This document shows, piece after piece, positions 37,817-51,387 of a stretch of DNA of 64,000 bases. A program made the translations under genes and the position numbers. This stretch comes from Sphyrna mokarran (Eukaryota). The first letter of the stretch is position 1. The number at the start of each line of letters is the position of its first letter. The notes below the pieces were generated by a model. It saw only the letters and a program-made list of their open reading frames with translations. It was not told the DNA's origin and did not search any database. The stretch spans positions 130,138,001 through 130,202,000 of the forward strand of contig JAGIQG010000002.1 of assembly GCA_024679065.1 (NCBI GenBank), in the 5' to 3' direction.

Positions 37817-39159
37817 GTAAATATGCTCAGCCCTACGTGAGGAATTATATGATTTGGGTATTAGCAGAGAACTACTTTTGTCTGGCAGACTGCCCAGTAA
37901 TGATTCCAATCTGAATAAACGGAAAAACAAACTCCTGATGTGAAAACGATCCATCTTGCCCTTCTGCTTTCTTGGAAGCCAAGAATATGTTTACAACTTT
38001 AACATCTCGAAGCGATGATGGGAAACTGAATTTGATAACTAATTGGGAGCGCTAATGAGGCTGCAGTTTCCCATAGAGGACTGGCGATGCACCATGAGCA
38101 CAAAAGCCAAGCTTGAAGGGCTAATTGTTGTCATCTGAACCTGTGGGATAAAATATACTCCTGTCTCCGTCGTGAACATTTTATTAAATAAAAATTGAGG
38201 GGTAGAGTTGCATGTTCGATGCTAGGTGTCCCAGAATAATAATAAGATTTTTTTTGCTGTACTGAGGGGAGGCTAATGCCACAGAGAGAATTGGGCATTG
38301 TCTGGTTAATTATTGGTGTCTTGGTAATCAGTAGGATTGTAGGGTTATGAGTAGCCATTTGCCATCTTGAACTTATTCTGCCACTCAGGGATCATACCTG
38401 AGCAGCAACGTAACTCCACGTATTCATCTTTCCCCAAATTCCTTGATCTCTTCGGCCAGGACAGATCTGTCAGTCGAATTTTAAATTAACAATTGGCCCG
38501 GCATCAACTGTCATTTGCAGATGGACTCCAAGCTTTTACAACCCTTTTAAATCAAAACAAATTTCCTAATTTTACTCCTAAAATGTTGAGTTCTAGTGTG
38601 GATGAAAGCACTTAAGTCAGCTAAATAGACAAGGCCACTCCATTTTTCCAGCCCCAAAATTCATGTCTTTGTGTATACTTGGCACTTGCATCAAATCTCT
38701 TTTCAGCCGTAGGCTTGCTACCTTTGCATAAGTTGTCAGTCTTTCCACGTAGAACCCAGATTCCCATGATACTACTATGTGAGCGAGTTTAATTTTCTTG
38801 GTGACCTCTTTCTTTTGTCAATGCTCAGTGTTTGTTTGCACAAGATAAAGAGGTGTCGCGTGCTTATAACTTCTGTTATTGATACTTTTAAAGGTTGACT
38901 TTTCTATTGAGTCATAGCAATAGCTCTAACCCCATAAAATGAAGATTATTTTTCAAAATTGTGTGGGACTTTATGGCTTTGCTCGGGTGAGATTGTAAAA
39001 TCTCGCCCAAGGTCGAGGGAGATTTCCATTCTGTGAACCTTGCCTGTCCTGGAATCAGGTGGAGAACGTAGCTGAGTTTTGGCTATTATTTTTAAGAAAA
39101 TTGTAGTTTTGAGCAGTGCAATACCTGGTATTATTAGTGTAGGTTCTATGCAGTGAATT

Positions 39160-39346
39160 ATAAAATCACTACAGTGCAAAAGGAGGCCATTCGACCCATG
39201 GAGTCTGCATTTACTGTTCGACAGAACGTCTTTCCCAGGCACACCCTCTTGCCCTATCCCTGTAACTCCATGCATTTATCCTGCTAATCTCCTTACCTTA
39301 CACGTCTTGGGATCCTAAGGGATAACTTAGCATGGCCAATCTACCC
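39160..39346 (-). mobile_element. HE1-like V-SINE 3' part
   Basis: CTACAGTGCAAAAGGAGGCCATTCGACCC...TTAGCATGGCCAATCTACC. Confidence 0.78.
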
Positions 39347-40204
39347 TACACAATCTTGTGTATATTGTATATTAAGTAAAGGACATGGGCATGCAATGGG
39401 TAGGCATAGACGGTATGTGGAACCATATGGGGTGGGTGGGGAATGTGATCTAGCATGGAAGGAGCATAGGGAGTGGGAGGGGTGGGGAAGGAGTGAGGGC
39501 TAGAGGGCCCAAGATAAAGCAAACAATTAGGAATAAACCCCCAGAGAATCAAGATGAGCCTTTTTAACCAGCCCATCTTGGTAAGTGGTTAGCTTTGTGG
39601 ACATATACTCTGATCAGTGCTTTGTAAAAGTTTAGCATCATTTACTTTCTGTAGTTTTTCTAATAAAGCCAAGAGGCATAAATTGTTTCACAGGCTTCTC
39701 AACATGTCTGGCCACTTCCAAAGACATGCGTATGTATCCCAGGTATCTATTCCTGCACTCCTTTGAGAATTCGATCACTTGGTTTAAATTGGCTCTCATT
39801 CTTACTAAAGTTCTTCACTTTGGAGTTGTATAAATTTCATGTTGTCTGCATACTTTGCCAATCTTCCCATATTCTCCAAAAAAATCTTTTACTATCTTCC
39901 CCATTGGTTACTCCGTTTTTGATTTTCATGTCGTTTGCAATAAATGAAATAATGCCCTCTATATCCAAATGTGTCAGAAGGTGCAGTCATCCTAATGCTA
40001 TTAGAACATAGAACAGTACAGGAACAGGCCCTTTGGCCTGTGGAGGAGGAGGAAGTGGATCCAATTTAAACAAAGTGACATTCTCGAACTTGTGCCAAAC
40101 ATGATGCCAAATTAAACTAATCCTTTCAGCCTGCTCTTAGTCTATAATCACTCTAACCTTATATATTCATGTGCTTATCTAAAAAGTCCCTTGAACACCC
40201 CCAT

Positions 40205-40550
40205 CATATTCATGAGATATGGGCATTGCTGGCTGGCCAGCATGTATTGCCCCTCCCCAGTTGCCTGAGGGCAGAAGACAGGCCACTATATTGCAGTGAC
40301 TCTGGAGTCACACATACGCCAGACTTGGTAAAGATGGCAGATTTCCTTCCTTAAAGGACATTAGTGAACCAGATGCATTCTTCCGACAATTGACAATGGT
40401 TTCATGGTGGTCACTAGATTCTCAATTCTACATTTTCTTTTTATTGAATTCAAATTCCACTACCTGCTATGGCGGGATTCAAACCGGGGTACCCAGGATG
40501 TTAGCTGAGTTTCTAAAAATCTAGCGATAATACACTAAGGGCATCACTTC
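40205..40550 (-). mobile_element. Family C SINE
   Basis: GGCAGATTTCCTTCCTTAAAGGACATTAGTGAACCAGATG core. Confidence 0.83.
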
Positions 40551-41024
40551 CTACTTTTGACCATCTGGGGTTATGACCATTACACATCCACAGTCCACTT
40601 CACTACTTCCTTTACCTGACTACCATCCCCTGCCCCCATTGTGTCCACAACCCACCTTGGCCTGAAAAAGCATCACCTGAGTATGATTCAAAATGCGATT
40701 CCCAGTGACGCTTGGCTGTTTGCAATGAGTTCTTTGTGCTTTACAGCGTGTTTCAAAATCAATTACAACCTGCATTTCAATCTGGTTTGCCAGTGAGAGG
40801 ATAATTGCATTCTGTTCACCCTTGTTGAAAACTGCAACTCTTGAGCCTCAACGGATTTATAACCTGTTGGCTATTGAAGCGGTTAAATCTGATTAAAGCA
40901 GGAAGTCGATGCTGAATTTAATCAAGGCTCTCTTGGCTGTGGAGCCAGTGGTTTGAATTACGTGACAGCACTGAGATTGTTAAAGCTAAATTCCATGGTC
41001 AGGAAGAGCTGAAGCTTTTGCTTA

Positions 41025-41295
41025 AAGTTAAAGTTTGTTTATTAGTCACAAATAGGCTCATACTCACAAGGCAATGAAGTTACTGTGGAAATCCCCTTGT
41101 CGCCATACTCTGGCGCCTGTTCAGACATACTGAGGGAGAATTTAACATGGCCAATGCGCCTAGCCTGCACATTTTTGAACTGTGGGAGGAAACTGGAGCA
41201 CTCAGAGGAAACCCACGCAGAATCCACACAGACAGTGATCCAAGCCAGGACCTTGGCGCTGAGAGATAGCAGTGCTAACCACTGTGCTGCCCCAC
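41025..41295 (-). mobile_element. V-SINE, type-B tail
   Basis: GCAATGAAGTTACTGTGGAAATCCCC...CTGAGGGAGAATTTAACATGGCC. Confidence 0.85.
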
Positions 41296-41879
41296 ATCAT
41301 GGTATGCTGCTGAGTATAGACTGTTCATAATGGCCATGTATTAGAAGGATAAGTAAGTAATTTAAGCTCAGCTAGTCCCTTTCAAAGATTGCTGCACCAC
41401 TTGGTGCCATGTAGATGTAGCAGAATAATGCTCTCCCCCTGAGAGATTTTCCCTATTTGTGAAATGAAACTATAAGTCGATTGCTGTACGCGATCAAGCC
41501 CTCTAATAGACTGAACATTTCTGCCCAACCGACATCTTTCTCAGTTTTGCTAACAGCGTGGAAACAATGTGAAATATGTCTCCAATCTAAGTGCCTTGTC
41601 CAGTGAGAGTATTTCTGTAGACATGACATGTTGTGTGGGCACATTTGGATAACAACACATTCTCTAAGCTCAATGGATAAAAATATCTGTGTCGGGTGCA
41701 TCCGTAACAAAACACTTCTGTTCCACTGCAACCACAAAATTTGTTCAGCTCTATAAATAGATCGAACTGCACGATGATAGAGCTATCAAAAATAGTGTCC
41801 TAAATTTGAAGTGTACTCTTTTTGTCATCTTTTATTCCTGTATCATAGTTATTACCTCTGTTGTGCAGGAAGAAAGAGT

Positions 41880-42260
41880 TGTATTTTTGTGGCAATTCTC
41901 ATGTCCTCAGGACATCGTAAAGTGCTCTTGAAGTACAGCCACAGCTCTAATGCATTGAAAATCAGTATGTTCGTGGTAAGCCTCCGTAAACAGCAATGAG
42001 AAGGGTCACCAGATGATCTATTTTAGTGGTTTAGACTGAGGAATGTACGTTGGCCTTTTCAAAAGTGCAGTGGGATCTTTTACATTTGCCCAAGAAGGTG
42101 GAGCAAAGTTTAAGTTTTTAATAGACATTCACCTCTGACAGTGCAGCACTCCCTCTGTCCTGCGCTGCTGTGTCAGTCAGGCTTATGTGCTCGAGGCCCC
42201 TGTGGGGCGAAACAGACAACTTACAGACACAAGAGGCCTTTGTGCCATGATGAATGCTAT
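41880..42260 (-). mobile_element. SacSINE1/DeuSINE-like element
   Basis: GTGGGATCTTTTACAT and CACCTCTGACAGTGCAGCACTCCCTC Deu-type motifs. Confidence 0.72.
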
Positions 42261-43654
42261 CCAGTGTTATCTGATAAAAAAATCTTATGATTTATATCTA
42301 TTTAATTACTGTTCTGGAAAGATGAAAAATAGCATCAAGCATGAATCGATTCATAGTGTGGAGGAATTGTGCACAGTCTCTATTTCCAGCAACGGAGCAG
42401 AATTGAGATAAATGACGATTAAGACATTCACCCTGAGACCTTCGCTGTTGAAAGTAGCCATTCCACTTACGCCATATAAAAATGAGCGTTGGCTGCTTCA
42501 GTTCATAAGGAAAGATCTGCAATAAGAAGATTCAAACGGAGCACCATGTGTGTGTTCATGTTCTGGTTTAAGGGCAGGGTTGGTTGATGTACATGCAGGC
42601 CTAGTCAGTGACATCCACATTGCACAAGTTAATAAACATATTCACAACCAGATATAGCTTACACTTGGCTGACAAAATCAGGGCTTTCTGGTTGACCCCA
42701 GAGTAAGTGTTGGTTAGGATCTGACCCGGTTACATCTGCTTTTTTCTTCTAGGACATCGGGTATTTCTCCCCTGCTGCCCCCCACTTCATGGCCTCCAGA
42801 ATATCACCGCTACTATTTACTCCCTAGGCTGCCTGATCCCACCTTAGTCCAGAAAAGATCTGACTTAACTGGCTCTGGTGTCCGTCTTCTGATCTTCCTG
42901 TGCCCCTTCTGCAGTCTTGGCAGCGCTCACTATAGAACCCTGGCACTGCCAGGACTGCTAACACAAAGCAGTCTGCTCTGCCATCACCCTTGTAAAATCC
43001 ATCCCAACAGCCCAAGTTCAGTGCAAGCAGTGTTCAGTACAACACCAGTTTGCTGTTGTCTAGTTTATTGGGCCAGTTACCATCATAAAACTTCACTGTT
43101 CCAAGTATTTTGAATGAATGTTTGATAAATTTGAGTGTACAGCAAGTTGCTGTTCAATCAGTTGTCTTGTGATGTATTCCAAAATCTGTTGCACAAATGT
43201 AGTTCCTTTAATTTAAAAATAGGTATCACATTCTTTGGTAGTCCAGAATGTAAACTTAGCTACAGTTGACTGCATAAGATGTGACATCTCCTGCAAAGAT
43301 TTTAATGCCCTTGTTTTTTACTGGCAATACCTATATCTGTTGCAACATAACATTTAGTCAAATAGTCATGGGAAGTGTCCAGGATAACATAGTGTCATTG
43401 GACTTATTGAAATTTGTTCCGTGCGAATGCTAATTTTTCCATCCTAGTTTCGAACATCTTTAAAGCCTGCAACATGCTACTGTGATGCAGAACATGAAAA
43501 ATTTACCAAACCTGCCTTAGAAATCCTTCTGATGCCTGATCTATTTTTTTTTCCCACAAGTTACACTTGTGCAAGTTCTCCTACTAGTCTGTGTTCAAGT
43601 AACTCCCAGGATTTATTCCATTAATCGCTACAGCAATTTGCATGCATTAGGCAT

Positions 43655-43953
43655 CTATAGAATCCCTCAAATGCAGAAGGAGGCCATTTGACCCATCAAG
43701 TTTGTGCAGACAACAGTCCCATCAAGGCCCTATTGCTGTAACCCCACAAATCTCCCTGTCACTAAGGGGCAATTTAGCATCACCAATCAAACCTAACCCG
43801 CACAGCAGTGGGAGGAAACCGAAGCACCTAGAGGAAACCTATAAAGACACAGGGTGAACGTGCAAACTCCACACGGACAGTGATTGAACGCGGGATTGAA
43901 CCCGGGTCCCTGGTGTTGTGAGGCAGTAGTGCTAACTGCTGTGCCACCGTGCT
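43655..43953 (-). mobile_element. HE1-like V-SINE
   Basis: ATAGAATCCC tail to CTGTGCCACCGTGCTG head. Confidence 0.88.
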
Positions 43954-44242
43954 GTATGTAAATGCTTTACCTATGGGTGTGAAGACTGATTGGAAAGATA
44001 GTTAAAGGTGAAGTAAGAAGTAGTGAGGTTTAAAGGAGAAAATTTTCATATTGGCAGAGGAGACCTGAGGCTGTCAGTGGTGGGGCGAAGAGCCCAGAAA
44101 GACAGACCAGAAGAGCAAAACCCTGATTTTAACCTAACATTTCCAGTGAACATGGAATATATTTGCGTTGACTTTATTAGAGCTGAAAATTGGGTGGGAT
44201 GTAATGTAACCAGTGCCCATTACCCCATTCTCATCAGGTAAA

Positions 44243-44530
44243 TGGGTGGCACAGTGCTTAACACTGCTGCCTCACAGCACAAGGGACCCAGATTTGATTC
44301 CTGGCTTGGGTCACTCTTTGTTTGGAGTCTGCACATTCTCCCTATGTCTGTGTAGGGATACTTGCGTTTCCTCCAACAGTCTGAAAGACATGCTGGTTAA
44401 GTGCATTGGCCAAGCTAAATTCTCTCTATGTACCTGAATAGGTGCTGGAGTGTGGCAACTAGGGGATTTTCACAGTAGCTTCATTGCAGTGTTAATGTAA
44501 GCCTACTTGTGACACTAATAAATAAACTAG
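44243..44530 (+). mobile_element. V-SINE, type-B tail, full length
   Basis: GTGGCACAGTGCTTAACACTGCTGCCTCACAG...GTAAGCCTACTTGTGACACTAATAAATAAACT. Confidence 0.9.
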
Positions 44531-46179
44531 AATTGGGACTGGAGGGTTTGGGGGGAGATGTAAAAGGCTGGAGGCGTTTGTAACAACTGATTATAGGGCA
44601 GTTGTTAGAGTAATTAAATGGGGAGTGCTCTTTCAGAAGGAACAGGGATGGTGTGTGAGAAAGCATGACACATTCAACATATCAGTATAAGAGACTTGCG
44701 GTCAAAAGGGAATATTTTTTCTATTTTATCTCGTGGGGTATGGGTGTTGCTGGCTGGGTCTGCATTTATTGCTTATTACTAATGCCCTTGAGAGGGCGTT
44801 AACAAATCTAGGGAATGGGTGGGGCAAATGCAAAGTATTGCATATTGGGCAATATATGCATGATTCAAGCACAAAATAAATAAAATTAGTGAACACAGTG
44901 AACACAAAGTCACCAGTGAGTACACACACAAATCATATTTTCCATGACTAATCAGGGAGATGATAGAGGTCACCACAGGGTGGTGGGAAGGGAGACAATA
45001 TGGAGAGGAAACTGATGAGTGGTTTGTATTTCAGGCTACAATGGGTAGGAGACTGGAGGTGAGAGGTTCAGGAGGATTGGATGACCCTGAACAAGAAAGA
45101 AGGAAAGAGAATGATCAGTCCAAAATCCCAATCTGAGGTTCAGGAGCAGCAGATAAAGTCCAATTGTAGACAGAGGAAGAGAGAGTTTGGAGCAGATACT
45201 GATGTTCAGGTCAGGTCAATTAGAGAGTCAAGAGCTAGATCTGGGGCTAATGAGCTATAGAAAGTATTAGCTAAGACTTCTCCAGAAATCTATTTAAAGA
45301 TTTTACATTGGTGCCCTTGTTTCCTAATTCAATTTTGCTTACATGGGTATATTTTGTCCAGGGTGCAACACTTTCCACTTGTCAATAGTTAAAATTTAAT
45401 TTGTCATCTATCTTTCCATTTGTGTAAAAGATACAAACCCCTCTGCAAAACCTTAGTTGGACCCCTAGTAGTTATGGCATTGCTGCTTTAGAATGTATTG
45501 CCCTTTTCAATCTAGGTTATTTTAAACAAAGGAGAAACAGTGATCAAAACGCAATCTCTACAACTGAACTTGACATCTTTACCACCCTTTGTTTTTGTCC
45601 CCTTTCCTCATTCCCTCGTATCATCCAAAATTTAGTTGATTCAAAAGCTTTGTTGTCTGACTTAAACAAAATCTGATTTAAATCCAATCTTATCCTCCTC
45701 CCTAGATTCATGTTTTGTACAATCTCCTGAATTTTCTAATGAATAGTTGTTCTATGAGAACATCGTTGCCATAGTTGTTCCTATAAGAAATGCTCTTGAA
45801 TATGTCCTCAAAATGGAAGGATTAGAAGGCAAGTAAAAGTTAACTGTGAAGGCATGCACAAGCTAAGAATTCATTATGGGGTTAGAAAATAAAACCACTG
45901 AGACTACATGTTTGTTGAGTCATTAAGGCAATGCCAAGATACTTCATCTAGACATGTTTTGACATTAAAATTTTTAGTCCTTTAGTGTGGTTCTGGTTCC
46001 TCTTGAAATTTCTTCCACTCAGTGGCATCTGGCATTTGTGGATGGCATTCTGTAATGGACCTCTGCAGAGAAAGAGAGAGAAAAAAGAGTTGCAAAGTTA
46101 AAATTATACAGCAGTACTGGCATGTCTGCTTGGAATATCTGGGAATGAGAGAGATGAGATTGAAGGCAGCTAGTTCAAA

Positions 46180-46410
46180 TGCATTTGATTTCGAGTTCAT
46201 TTATTATTGTCACATCTATTAACATGTAGTGAAAAATATTGTTTCTTGCATGCTATACAGACAAAACATACTGTCCAGAGAGAATGAAACGAGAGAGTGC
46301 AGAATGTGGTGTTACTGTCATAGCTAGGGTGGACAGAAAGATCAACTTAATGCAAGATAGATCCATTCAGAAGTCTGACAGCAGTAGGGAAGATGCTATT
46401 CTTGAGTCAG
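46180..46410 (-). mobile_element. Rex/Babar-like LINE 3' fragment
   Basis: TTTATTATTGTCACAT...GTGAAAAATATTGTTTCTTGC; homologous to 25452-25700 and 63825-64000. Confidence 0.75.
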
Positions 46411-47239
46411 CGATCAGCATTGATAGAATGGAGATACTAGGCTGTCCGCCTCTGGTGTAGATTTACTAAGATTGATTTACTCTGAACTTTTGGAAGATTA
46501 TTAGTGCCCTCAGAGGGGAAGGGAAGCATCCATGCCAGCTCGTAAGTTTGAGGTTGTGCTCATCTGAAAACATTGCTAATTATAAGGTTTTATTCATTTA
46601 ATATTCCACTATCTAATGATGGTGACTTGTCAGTTATCATGAAGTCTAAGCTAAATTAATCTTACCAATTTATGTCAAATCACTTGCCAGCAAATAACAT
46701 GCTGAACTGCTACAGTATGACCGAACTATCTTTGTATCCTTAGCTTATTTAATCAATTAAGCCTATTTATTATTTATTTCTGTTGCCCGTGCTTAGTAGG
46801 TGTTGCTAACTATAATTAATTCTATGGTTAATAAACAAGTTTTAGTTCTTGCCTTTGGCATTTTCTTTGATTTGAATGTTCAAGCATTGGAATGTGCCTT
46901 GAATAAATTCAATAACTCAGCCTCCACTGCTCTCTGGGGAAGAGAATTCCACATATTATGACTAACCAGACGTGGCTCAAATGATAGGATTCTGACCTCT
47001 TGTCAATAGGACGTGGAGTGAAGCCTCATGATTCTTCAAACCTGAGCATGTGGTTTAAAAAAAGTAGATACGAAGTATGAAAAAGCCAATTTCAAGTCCT
47101 AACCACTTCTTATTATGTGATAAAGTAGTGATATAAATTCAGTGATGGGTTTCAAAAGGAAATTGAATAAATAATTGAAGAGTGGGGGATTGTTAAGAGA
47201 GATGAAAAAGGAGGCAGGGAGGAGGTTTAACCCCATTGT

Positions 47240-48565
47240 TTTGAAGAGGTGACAGGAATGCGTGGACGCTGTTTGTGGATTTCCAGAAGGCATTTGATAG
47301 TGCACCTCAGGGGACTGTTAGTTCAAGTTGAAGCTCAAGAATCTATGCTGGGACTTCAATTATTCACTATTTATTAATGACCAAGACGATGCACGAGAGA
47401 TCCACATATCCAGGTTCGCTGATGATACGAATATAGATTGCATCATAAGCAAAATGGACGGATGCATAAAATTGCAAAGTCCTAAAGTAACATTTATTTA
47501 TTAGTTTTACAGTGACCTCATTGCAATGTTAATGTAAAAATCCTGTAATCGCCACACTCTTGCATCTGTTTGGGTACACCTGAGGGAGAATTTAGCATGG
47601 TCAATGCATCTAACAAGTATGTCCTATTGTTAAAGTCATAGAATCCCTATTGCAGAGAAGGAGGCCATTAGGCCCATCGAGCCTGCACCAACCATCATCC
47701 CACCCTGGCCTATTTCCCATAACCCCTCATATTTATCTAGCTAATCCCCCTGACACTATGGTCAATTTATCATGGCCAGTCAACCTAATGTGCACATCAT
47801 TGAAATGTGGGAAGAAACTGGAGTGCCCGGAGGAAACCTCACAGACACAGGGAAAACGTGCAAATTCCACACACACACTGACCCAAGGCTAGAATTGAAC
47901 CTGGCCCCTGGTGCTGTGAGGCGGCAGTGCTAACCACTGTACCGCCCAAATAAAGTAAGACATTAAAATAAATTTAAAAAACAAAATGGATAAAATTAAT
48001 TGGGTAAGATTGTGGCAAACTGATTTCAGTGTAGGCAAATGTGAGTATTTCTTAAATGGTGAAAAGCTGGAATCAGTGAAACTCCAAAGAAACTTTGTTT
48101 ATGCGTGTGTAATGTGTGCATATTATCATTAGATTGTCACGAACAGGTACAGGAAATGATCTAAAAGGTTAATGGTACACTGGCCTTTGTGTAGAACGAG
48201 AATACAGGGTAGTAGAAGTTAAGTGACAGCTATACAAAGTTTTGGGTGGATCTAGAGTTATTTTTATTTATTTACAGGATGTGGGTATTACTGGCCAGGC
48301 CAACATTTATTGACCATTCCTAAAGTGGTGAGGGCAGTTCTGTGCACCACATCTTGGGAAGGATATGTTGGCCTTGGAGGGAACATAACATAGACTTAGC
48401 TGAATGAAGCTTTATCTTCGAAGGTCAAGTTACAAGGAGAGATTACGTCAACCAGGTTCAGAAGTTCTCAGTGCAGTTTGATCAAAGCTATTCCAGGAAG
48501 CTCTGAGACAATTTCTGCTGGCAGTGGGAATCTAGGACTATGAGCTCCCAAAAATTAGAGCTGGA
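47240..48565 (+). mobile_element. Old CR1 RT fragment interrupted by SINEs
   Basis: DFQKAFD (about 47278), FTIFIND (about 47365), RFADDT (about 47413); continues after 47990. Confidence 0.72.
47490..47947 (-). mobile_element. Type-B V-SINE tail (47490-47625) plus full HE1-like V-SINE (47636-47947)
   Basis: CTGAGGGAGAATTTAGCATGG, then CATAGAATCCC...GCAGTGCTAACCACTGTACCGCCC. Confidence 0.83.
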
Positions 48566-48574
48566 GCTTAGTTC

Positions 48575-48907
48575 TTAGAACCCTGCAGTGCAGAAAGAGG
48601 CCCTTCTGCCCATCAAGTCTGCACCTAAGACAATCCCATCCAGGCCTTACCCCCATATATTATACCCACTAATCTCTCTAACCTACGCATCCCTGGACAC
48701 TAAAGGGCAATTTCTTAGCATGGTCAATCAACTTAACCCGCACACTTTTGGACTGTGGAAGGAAGCTGGGGTACCTGGAGGAAACCCACGCAGATACAAG
48801 GAGAATGTGCAAACTCCACACAGACAGTGACCCGAGCCAGGAATCGAACCCAGGACTCTGGAGCTGTGAAGCAGCAGTGCTAACTACTGTGCTACCATGC
48901 TGTCCCT
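48575..48907 (-). mobile_element. HE1-like V-SINE
   Basis: GCAAACTCCACACAGACAGTGACCCGAGCCAGGAATCGAACCC. Confidence 0.9.
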
Positions 48908-49069
48908 TTCAGGGATGAAGTTGGGAAATAATTCCGTAGGGTGGGAGAAGTTTGGAATTCTCCTCCAAAAATAGCAATTGATGGTAGACCATTGGTAATT
49001 TTAAATTTTACGGAATTTTATAAAGAACAATGTGCCTTGTTTGTGTGTCTGTGTGAATATAAATATACA

Positions 49070-49480
49070 GTCTTGCGTTCCCACAAAACATCCCAAAGCG
49101 CTTTAATCAGCGAAGTACATTAGAAATGCAGTGCTTGTTGTACTGGAAACTATGCAGTAGCCACTTTGAGTACAGTACATTCTTACAGCCGGCGATGTGA
49201 TGATGATCTGTCTTGTGAATTTGATTGATGGGTAAATAGTGGGCAGAAGACTTTGGATAATATCCCTACGTTTTATTTCTAAAAAATAGCAGCATGGGAT
49301 CTTTTACACCCACTGGCAAGGAGTGTAGAGAGGGCAGAATGTGGCACATCTGACAGTGCAGCACACTTTGAGTACCGCATTGAAGTGTCAGCCTGCATCT
49401 TTTATGTTCAAATATTGCAACTGGACCTGAGTCCACAAGCTTTTGATTCAGAAGTGAGAGTATTACTAACTAAGCCATGG
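49070..49480 (-). mobile_element. SacSINE1/DeuSINE-like element
   Basis: CATCCCAAAGCGCTTTA 3' end; CATGGGATCTTTTACACCCAC; CTGACAGTGCAGCAC. Confidence 0.72.
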
Positions 49481-50459
49481 TTGACACTGTACCAAAAATA
49501 TTAAAAGGATGTTGGACAAAGTTAGGAATATGGAATGAGGCCACAGTTTAGTTATGATCTCGTTTGAATTGTCCAACAGGCTCGAGGGCATAAATGGCCT
49601 ATTTCTGTTTCCGTGATCCCTCTTTGCAAAAGCGAGCACAAAATCAATGCTATTGAGCTGTAGTGACGAAGTACAGTAGGAAAATATACACGTTTTATCT
49701 TCATTCCCATCTGGCCAGTAAACGTGAGGGTTCCTATCTCCCACCCCAGGAATTTGCTGACACCCCTCTGTACAATCAGCTCCCCAAAAGCCCACTGCTG
49801 GAATTTCAAGGCTGATTTGCTTTTAAATTATCTCTTGCTCTATGCTGTTTACCCTTTTTAAAATTAAATATTTTAGTTTTTAACCTTCATTTTAGCAAAA
49901 TTAGAAATGTGTAATTGCGCTATCATTGGTCCTTTCCAAAGGTCTCATGACTTGTAAATGGTGAATTCTGCTCCCAATTTACTATTTGACCCCATCAGAA
50001 ATTAGAACTGTATAACAAATGGGCATTCTGCTCTGCTGCATTATTACCCAGACACAGAAGAGGAAAATTTACTCCAGTGGTAAATTGTATTGAATCTACA
50101 GTCTAACATTCTACCATGATTAACACTGGGATCTCAGTTAACCCAGCTTAATTGAGTTACAGTTTATTGCAATTGTTGATGTTAAGCACATGATTGCAAA
50201 TGAAAGTACTTCTTAAATAATTAGAAAATATTGTCATTCTCGCTTGGATCTGGGAGCTCCTGGAAAGTCCCTGTACTAGACTTGGATTGTGGCTTCTAAC
50301 CTGTCAACCCAAGAATATATAATTGAAAAAAATCTTGCTAGAGCCGCAGGTTCCACTTCATTTACAACTTAATTATAGTGTATAAATATGCTAGTCCTCC
50401 TTCATTGTACATCCTATGTCCCTAAAATTCATGCCCATCTCCTGGGATGGCCATCTTGG

Positions 50460-51135
50460 TATCAGCTACAGTTTAGCACTATCAACTCTGAGTTAGGCAG
50501 AATTGAGAGTTCAAGTTCCATTCTAAGTATCTGAGCACCTAAGCCATGATTTGCCGCTCCCAGTCAGAAGAAATTTGGCCCATCGAATCTGCACCAACTC
50601 CCCAACAGAGCATCCCACTAATCCTCTTAATGTACTCATCTTGGGACATTAAGGGGCAATTTAGCATGACCAAGCTATGTAATTTGCGCATTTTTCGTGG
50701 GAGGAAACAGGAGCATCCAGAGGAAACCCACGGAGAGACAGGGAGAATGTGAAAACTCCACACAGAGAGTGACTCAGGGCCGGAATTGAACAGGATCCCT
50801 GGCACAGTGAAGCGGCAGTGCTTGACGCTGTGGAGCAGCAGTGCTGAAGGAGTGCCATGCTGCTGTGGGGGTTTTCTTTGGAATAAACTGTCAAACTACC
50901 ACTTGGGTAGGTGTAAAAATTCCCATGATGCTATATGAAGAAGAGCAGGTGAGTTCTTCAGGCCAACCGTCTAACCTTTACTCGACAGGTGTTTTGTCAT
51001 TTAGTCCTTGTTGGTGGAACCTTGGTGTGCATGAGTCATTTGTACATTACAGGGGTTTAATTTCAAAAGTGCTTATTGCCTGTGAAGTGCTTAGGAGTGT
51101 GCTGAGGGTGAAAGCAACTACATAGATGCACGGCT
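50460..51135 (+). mobile_element. DeuSINE-like element split by a minus-strand HE1-like SINE (about 50562-50830)
   Basis: Head at 50460-50560; body resumes CAGTGCTGAAGGAGTGC...GTAAAAATTCCCATG...GAAGAAGAGCAGG. Confidence 0.7.
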
Positions 51136-51387
51136 TTTTGTCGACTTATCAGTAATGTGGACAACCGAAGTATAAAGCAACAAAATCTGCCTTAATAGCC
51201 TTCAATCACTCAACTGTTGTATGATAGGAATGTAACATGTCAAAGTCATGCTATTTAGTGACAAGCATAGTTTTGTTGCTGTATAAGATCAAGTCTTGCC
51301 ATTTCTCAGCAGTTGCTGTGCATTGATGCTCCTTGTCGCTTCTGCTTTCTCAAGCAAAGGCCTAATCCGGTTAACCATTTCTTGCAG

